Under the pieces are notes generated by a model. The model was given only the letters and a program-made list of their open reading frames with translations, did no database searches and was not told the origin of the DNA. A DNA stretch of 39,283 bases from a candidate division WOR-3 bacterium. Its GTDB lineage: Bacteria > Hydrothermota > Tepidihabitantia > Tepidihabitantales > Tepidihabitantaceae. Location of the stretch: positions 1-39,283 of the forward strand of contig CBFGJV010000021.1 of NCBI GenBank assembly GCA_965649205.1, given 5' to 3'. The position numbers were made by a program, and so were the translations under genes. Shown one piece after another: positions 35,607-39,283 of the stretch (its first letter is position 1; each line of letters starts with the position of its first letter).

Positions 35607-36776
35607 TTGTTGAAGGTAACATTGCTCTGTTTTCTGGCAGCACAGGCAGGGGGCTGGCGACTGGTTGGATTGCCCGGGCAGCGCATTCTGGCAGTAGCCG
35701 CCGAAAGTCGCGATTACTGCTATGCGGCTACAGATTCGTCTCTTTACCGTGGAGACAGATTTGGCTGGTATGTACCTATTTTTCGTTACGGTCCGCATGC
35801 GGCTCTGCGAGTTCAGGTAAAAAACAGTTCAGACCTTACCGGTCTTGCCTGGGGATGGGGTTCGCGATCTGACGGGTTGTGGTTGAGCACCAATCAGGGG
35901 CAGGATTGGCAGGTGGGCATATATCTTCTTTACGCGGGTGCACTGGATGTTTGGCAGGAGCAGAGAGTGCGGCGGGGACTGATGGTTGTCGGTAGCGATA
36001 CTCTGAACAATCCGCCGGTACGTTCTACTGATGGGGGCTTCACCTGGCTTTCCGCTCATACCGGCCTGCCGGACAGTCGCGTGCGCTGTTTTGCCATAAA
36101 TCCCCGCAATTGCCGACTCGTAGTCTGCGGCACCAAGGGGCACGGTCTGTATTTGAGCGTGGATTCGGCCACATCCTGGCGCTTTCTCGGTCCGGACAGC
36201 GCGGCAGATATTATCGCTGCGGACTGGTGGGAAGGGTCAATTCTAACTGTAGCTTCGGTATATGATACGATTGCAGTGTGGCGGACTGATGATACTGGAA
36301 GGAGCTGGTTGCGGGAATTGCTTTTACCTTCTGGAACTGGCGTAGCGTTCAATAAGGTATGCCAGTTGGGCGGGGAAGGGGTGTATCGCGGGCCCGGCCA
36401 GTGGGAGCCTGACACCTGGGGTCTTTCCTGCAGGTCGGTGCGGTGTATAAGTCAGAGCGCCTCGGGCGCATTCTGGTACATCGGCACAGACAGCGGCGTA
36501 TATCATCAGGACGAAACTCCGGGAGCGGATGAGAAACGGCCAGTCTGTTTTCCGGTATCCTTTTCGCCGTGCCTGACTGTGGTGCGTGGCAGCCTGCAGC
36601 TGTCCTATTCTGCTCCTTGTTTTCTTCTGGCGGCAACGGGTCGCAGGGTTATGGAACTTGTGCCGGGCGAAAACGATGTGTCACACCTTGTGCCCGGGGT
36701 GTATTTTGTACTGGGATATGCACCATGCAGCACCAGTCCTTTTGAGTTGGGGAGTAGATTAGTTGTGGTAAGATGA
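35607..36776 (+). CDS. Secreted BNR/Asp-box beta-propeller protein with a short T9SS-like C-terminal domain
   Basis: Signal peptide. Asp-boxes 'STNQGQDW', 'STDGGFTW', 'SVDSATSW', 'TDDTGRSW'. C-terminus 'VVRGSL...TGRRVMELVPGENDVSHLVPGVYFV...RLVVVR'. Confidence 0.8.
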   Translation: MLKVTLLCFLAAQAGGWRLVGLPGQRILAVAAESRDYCYAATDSSLYRGDRFGWYVPIFRYGPHAALRVQVKNSSDLTGLAWGWGSRSDGLWLSTNQGQDWQVGIYLLYAGALDVWQEQRVRRGLMVVGSDTLNNPPVRSTDGGFTWLSAHTGLPDSRVRCFAINPRNCRLVVCGTKGHGLYLSVDSATSWRFLGPDSAADIIAADWWEGSILTVASVYDTIAVWRTDDTGRSWLRELLLPSGTGVAFNKVCQLGGEGVYRGPGQWEPDTWGLSCRSVRCISQSASGAFWYIGTDSGVYHQDETPGADEKRPVCFPVSFSPCLTVVRGSLQLSYSAPCFLLAATGRRVMELVPGENDVSHLVPGVYFVLGYAPCSTSPFELGSRLVVVR

Positions 36777-36807
36777 GAGAGGAGAAATAATAATAAGGAG
36801 CAACAGT

Positions 36808-38499
36808 ATGAGAATAAAAGAAGCTCTGACTACCTTATGTATCCTGGGGGTTCTGGCGGTGGGAGGGGATTTTGGGGCAAAGTCGGCAGGCAGAAACCCG
36901 TTGTCGTATGAACTGGAAGGGCCATCCGGGTCTGTACCGGAGATAACACAGGATGCGGTTTTGCTGTTAGAGAGCTTTGACACTACGTGGAGCACCACCA
37001 ATCCGCCTCCCGGCTGGCAGATAGTCTATTCAGAGCCGCCGGACGACAATGATTGGCATCCGCGTCCCTATGTGGGGGGCGGTTACCGGGCTCGCATTTA
37101 TGAGACGCCGGTGGAGGTGTTTGATAACATTCTCATTTCGCCGGTAATAGACTGTTCTCGTCATACAAACGTGAAGTTGTCCGTCTGGACCGGTCTACAC
37201 TACAGCGTAGCTTTCAATGCGTGCATTGAAGGCTCCACAGATGGCGGCGCCACCTGGCCTTTTCTTGTCAAACGATACAACCGTGATGTGTTCCCCGGTA
37301 TGACAGAGAGATTTGATCTGAACTGGGCAGAAGGCAAGGGTGCTGTGCGGCTGCGCTGGTTTGCCGGCGGTACGAATGCCCAGGCCTTCTGGTATGTGGA
37401 TGATGTACTGGTTGAGGGCGATTCGGTGGTGGAGCGCGATGCCGGTGCGCGGGAGGTGTACGCACCAGCCGCCAAACTGGACCCTGGGGTGGTGGCACCC
37501 AAATGCGGAATACGGAATCTGGGCCGTACCAACCTGAGCAATGTTTTGGTCTATTGTGTTGTAGACTCAGCCGGGACCAGCGTGTACGCAGAGAGCGTGG
37601 TGGTTTCCGGACCACTTACCCCTTTTGTAACCGTGCCGGTGGTTTTCCCCGGCTGGAGGACCGGCCCGGCGGGTAACACCTACCGCGTGATATTCTTCAC
37701 TCGGCTTGCTGCAGATGGAAATCCGCGTAACGACACAGTTATGACTACGGTGTACATCCGGCCCAATCCGGAAGACACCCTGCATGTGGATGGCCCTTAT
37801 GACGATGCGGTAGGTTTGTCATCCGGAGGGATGTTCTATGCAGCGGCCAGACTAACGCCAGAACTGGGATGCAATCTTATTGCCCTGATTTTCTACCACG
37901 AGGAACAGACGCAGAACGAGTATGCCTTCGTCTGGAGACAGAATACTCCTACCCGACCGGGAACAGTGGTGGAATCCATACCTTACAGCGGCAGTCAGCT
38001 GGGCTGGGTGCGTTGTAATCTGGGGGCGCCCTTTCATGTTCCTGCCGGTCAGGATGTGTGGGTGGGTGTGCGTTTTCGCCAGGGAGCCGGCCAGTATCCC
38101 TGCGGAGTGGACGAGGGGCCGCAAGTACCGGGTCGGGGTGGCTGGATAAACTATTTGGACCGCTGGTTGGAACTGCGTACATTGAATCTGGACTGTAATT
38201 GGAACATCCGGGCCATAGTACTGTATGAAGGAGGAGTGGAAGAGAAGGTGTTAGTGCCGAAGGCCCAGAACCAGAAATGGGGCGGAGCAACTATTGTGCG
38301 CGGCAGTCTGCATCTGCCATTCTCATCAGCCTCTGCTTCAGTTTCGACCGTTCTTGTCACTGCCACAGGTCGCCAGGTGATGGAACTTGCGCCGGGCGAG
38401 AACGATGTGTCGCGGCTTGCGCCAGGAGTGTACTTTGTGCGTGAGGCTAAAACAGGGAAGCACCCAAATACAGTCCGAAAGGTAATCGTCCAAAGATAG
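36808..38499 (+). CDS. Secreted multidomain beta-sandwich protein (MAM/adhesin-like, CARDB-like) with a short T9SS-like C-terminal domain
   Basis: AAGGAG RBS and signal peptide. 'ESFD....PPGW', 'LISPVID', 'STDGGATW', 'WYVDDV', CARDB-like 'IRNLG...DGNPRNDT'. C-terminus 'ATIVRGSL...TGRQVMELAPGENDVSRLAPGVYFV...RKVIVQR'. Confidence 0.8.
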   Translation: MRIKEALTTLCILGVLAVGGDFGAKSAGRNPLSYELEGPSGSVPEITQDAVLLLESFDTTWSTTNPPPGWQIVYSEPPDDNDWHPRPYVGGGYRARIYETPVEVFDNILISPVIDCSRHTNVKLSVWTGLHYSVAFNACIEGSTDGGATWPFLVKRYNRDVFPGMTERFDLNWAEGKGAVRLRWFAGGTNAQAFWYVDDVLVEGDSVVERDAGAREVYAPAAKLDPGVVAPKCGIRNLGRTNLSNVLVYCVVDSAGTSVYAESVVVSGPLTPFVTVPVVFPGWRTGPAGNTYRVIFFTRLAADGNPRNDTVMTTVYIRPNPEDTLHVDGPYDDAVGLSSGGMFYAAARLTPELGCNLIALIFYHEEQTQNEYAFVWRQNTPTRPGTVVESIPYSGSQLGWVRCNLGAPFHVPAGQDVWVGVRFRQGAGQYPCGVDEGPQVPGRGGWINYLDRWLELRTLNLDCNWNIRAIVLYEGGVEEKVLVPKAQNQKWGGATIVRGSLHLPFSSASASVSTVLVTATGRQVMELAPGENDVSRLAPGVYFVREAKTGKHPNTVRKVIVQR

Positions 38500-38508
38500 G
38501 GGTGAAAC

Positions 38509-39283
38509 ATGAGGACAGCAGTAATGATCGCAGTACTTGGTCTGGTTCTGGTCGCGTCGGGAAGCGGGTTTCACGAAGCTGGCAGCCCCAAACCCGGGTT
38601 TGATGCGCAGGAGGTGGTGCGGTCAGTGCGTCGCAATCAGGGGCTTACCGAAACTACTCTCCCTACGTCTGGCCGGGCAGGAAGACTGCATCAACACCGC
38701 CGTCGGGAGAGTAGCTGGACAGCCGGCGAAGATGAATTCACTGACGACGGCGAGTTTCTGCTGGACACCAACCGGACTGTCGTAGTCGCCCAAGGTAGTG
38801 AGGACTATCCGGCGGTGGAATTTGGCGGAACCAACTACTTGGTCGTGTGGCAGGACGGCAGTTCTGGTAATTACGACATACACTGCACACGAGTCAGCCC
38901 CAGCGGCGTCGTGCTTGACACACTCCCGGTCGTCATCAGCGCCGCAACTGATAACCAGTGGACGGGTGGGGTCGCGTTCGATGGAGTCAACTACTTCGTA
39001 GTCTGGGAAGACTGGCGCCATGATCCGTTAAATCCGAGTATCTACGGTGCACGAGTCAGCCAGGACGGCACTGTTCTTGACACTGACGGCATCCCTATCT
39101 CCTTGAACACAGGTGCATTGGGGCCGTCAGTTGCCTTTGCCCAAGGGGTGTGCTTCGTAGTCTGGAGTGCCAATGACGATATCTACGGCGCCCGGGTAAC
39201 GCCTGGCGGCAATGTGCTTGACCCTCAGGGGATTCCCATATCAACCGCACCCGGCAGGCAGTATTGGCCTGTTATCGCTTTCA
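38509..39283 (+). CDS. Secreted repeat (beta-propeller-like) protein, 3' partial; absent from the ORF track because it has no stop in the window
   Basis: GGGGTG RBS and MRTAVMIAVLGLVLVASG signal. About 50-aa repeats 'P.VAF.G.NY.VVW.D....IYGARV...G.VLD..GI.IS', three full copies before the edge. Confidence 0.85.
   Translation, partial: MRTAVMIAVLGLVLVASGSGFHEAGSPKPGFDAQEVVRSVRRNQGLTETTLPTSGRAGRLHQHRRRESSWTAGEDEFTDDGEFLLDTNRTVVVAQGSEDYPAVEFGGTNYLVVWQDGSSGNYDIHCTRVSPSGVVLDTLPVVISAATDNQWTGGVAFDGVNYFVVWEDWRHDPLNPSIYGARVSQDGTVLDTDGIPISLNTGALGPSVAFAQGVCFVVWSANDDIYGARVTPGGNVLDPQGIPISTAPGRQYWPVIAF

Overview
Gene-dense ~39 kb chromosomal window from a GC-rich diderm bacterium. The lineage is most likely candidate phylum WOR-3 or an FCB-group relative, inferred from the T9SS-like C-terminal sorting domains of the 'IVRGSL...GRxVMELxPGENDVSxLxPGVYF' type. 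It holds a GyrI-like lipoprotein, a 7-repeat surface protein, a nikR-TonB receptor-metal ABC uptake operon with a likely NikR operator, and a flavodoxin gene broken by an in-frame TGA. Housekeeping genes include clpB, glyQ, an HDIG protein, galE, surE, tRNA-Met(CAT), ilvE, rpiB, a heterodimeric ABC exporter and recA-recX-araB. There is also an ornithine decarboxylase/deoxyhypusine-synthase-like/mgtE cluster, an unannotated 55-aa Cys-rich protein, thiamine-related ThiD2-like, ThiN-like and PurM-superfamily genes, and three secreted proteins at the right end. The most unusual element is a stand-alone 123-aa ORF (35101-35472) that by eye resembles the SIRV2-type capsid protein of filamentous archaeal viruses, with no other viral genes nearby. 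It is preceded by a 28-33-28 nt direct-repeat unit and by a ~170 bp non-coding element that recurs, diverged but colinear, upstream of clpB. All family calls are from motif recognition by eye; no searches were run.
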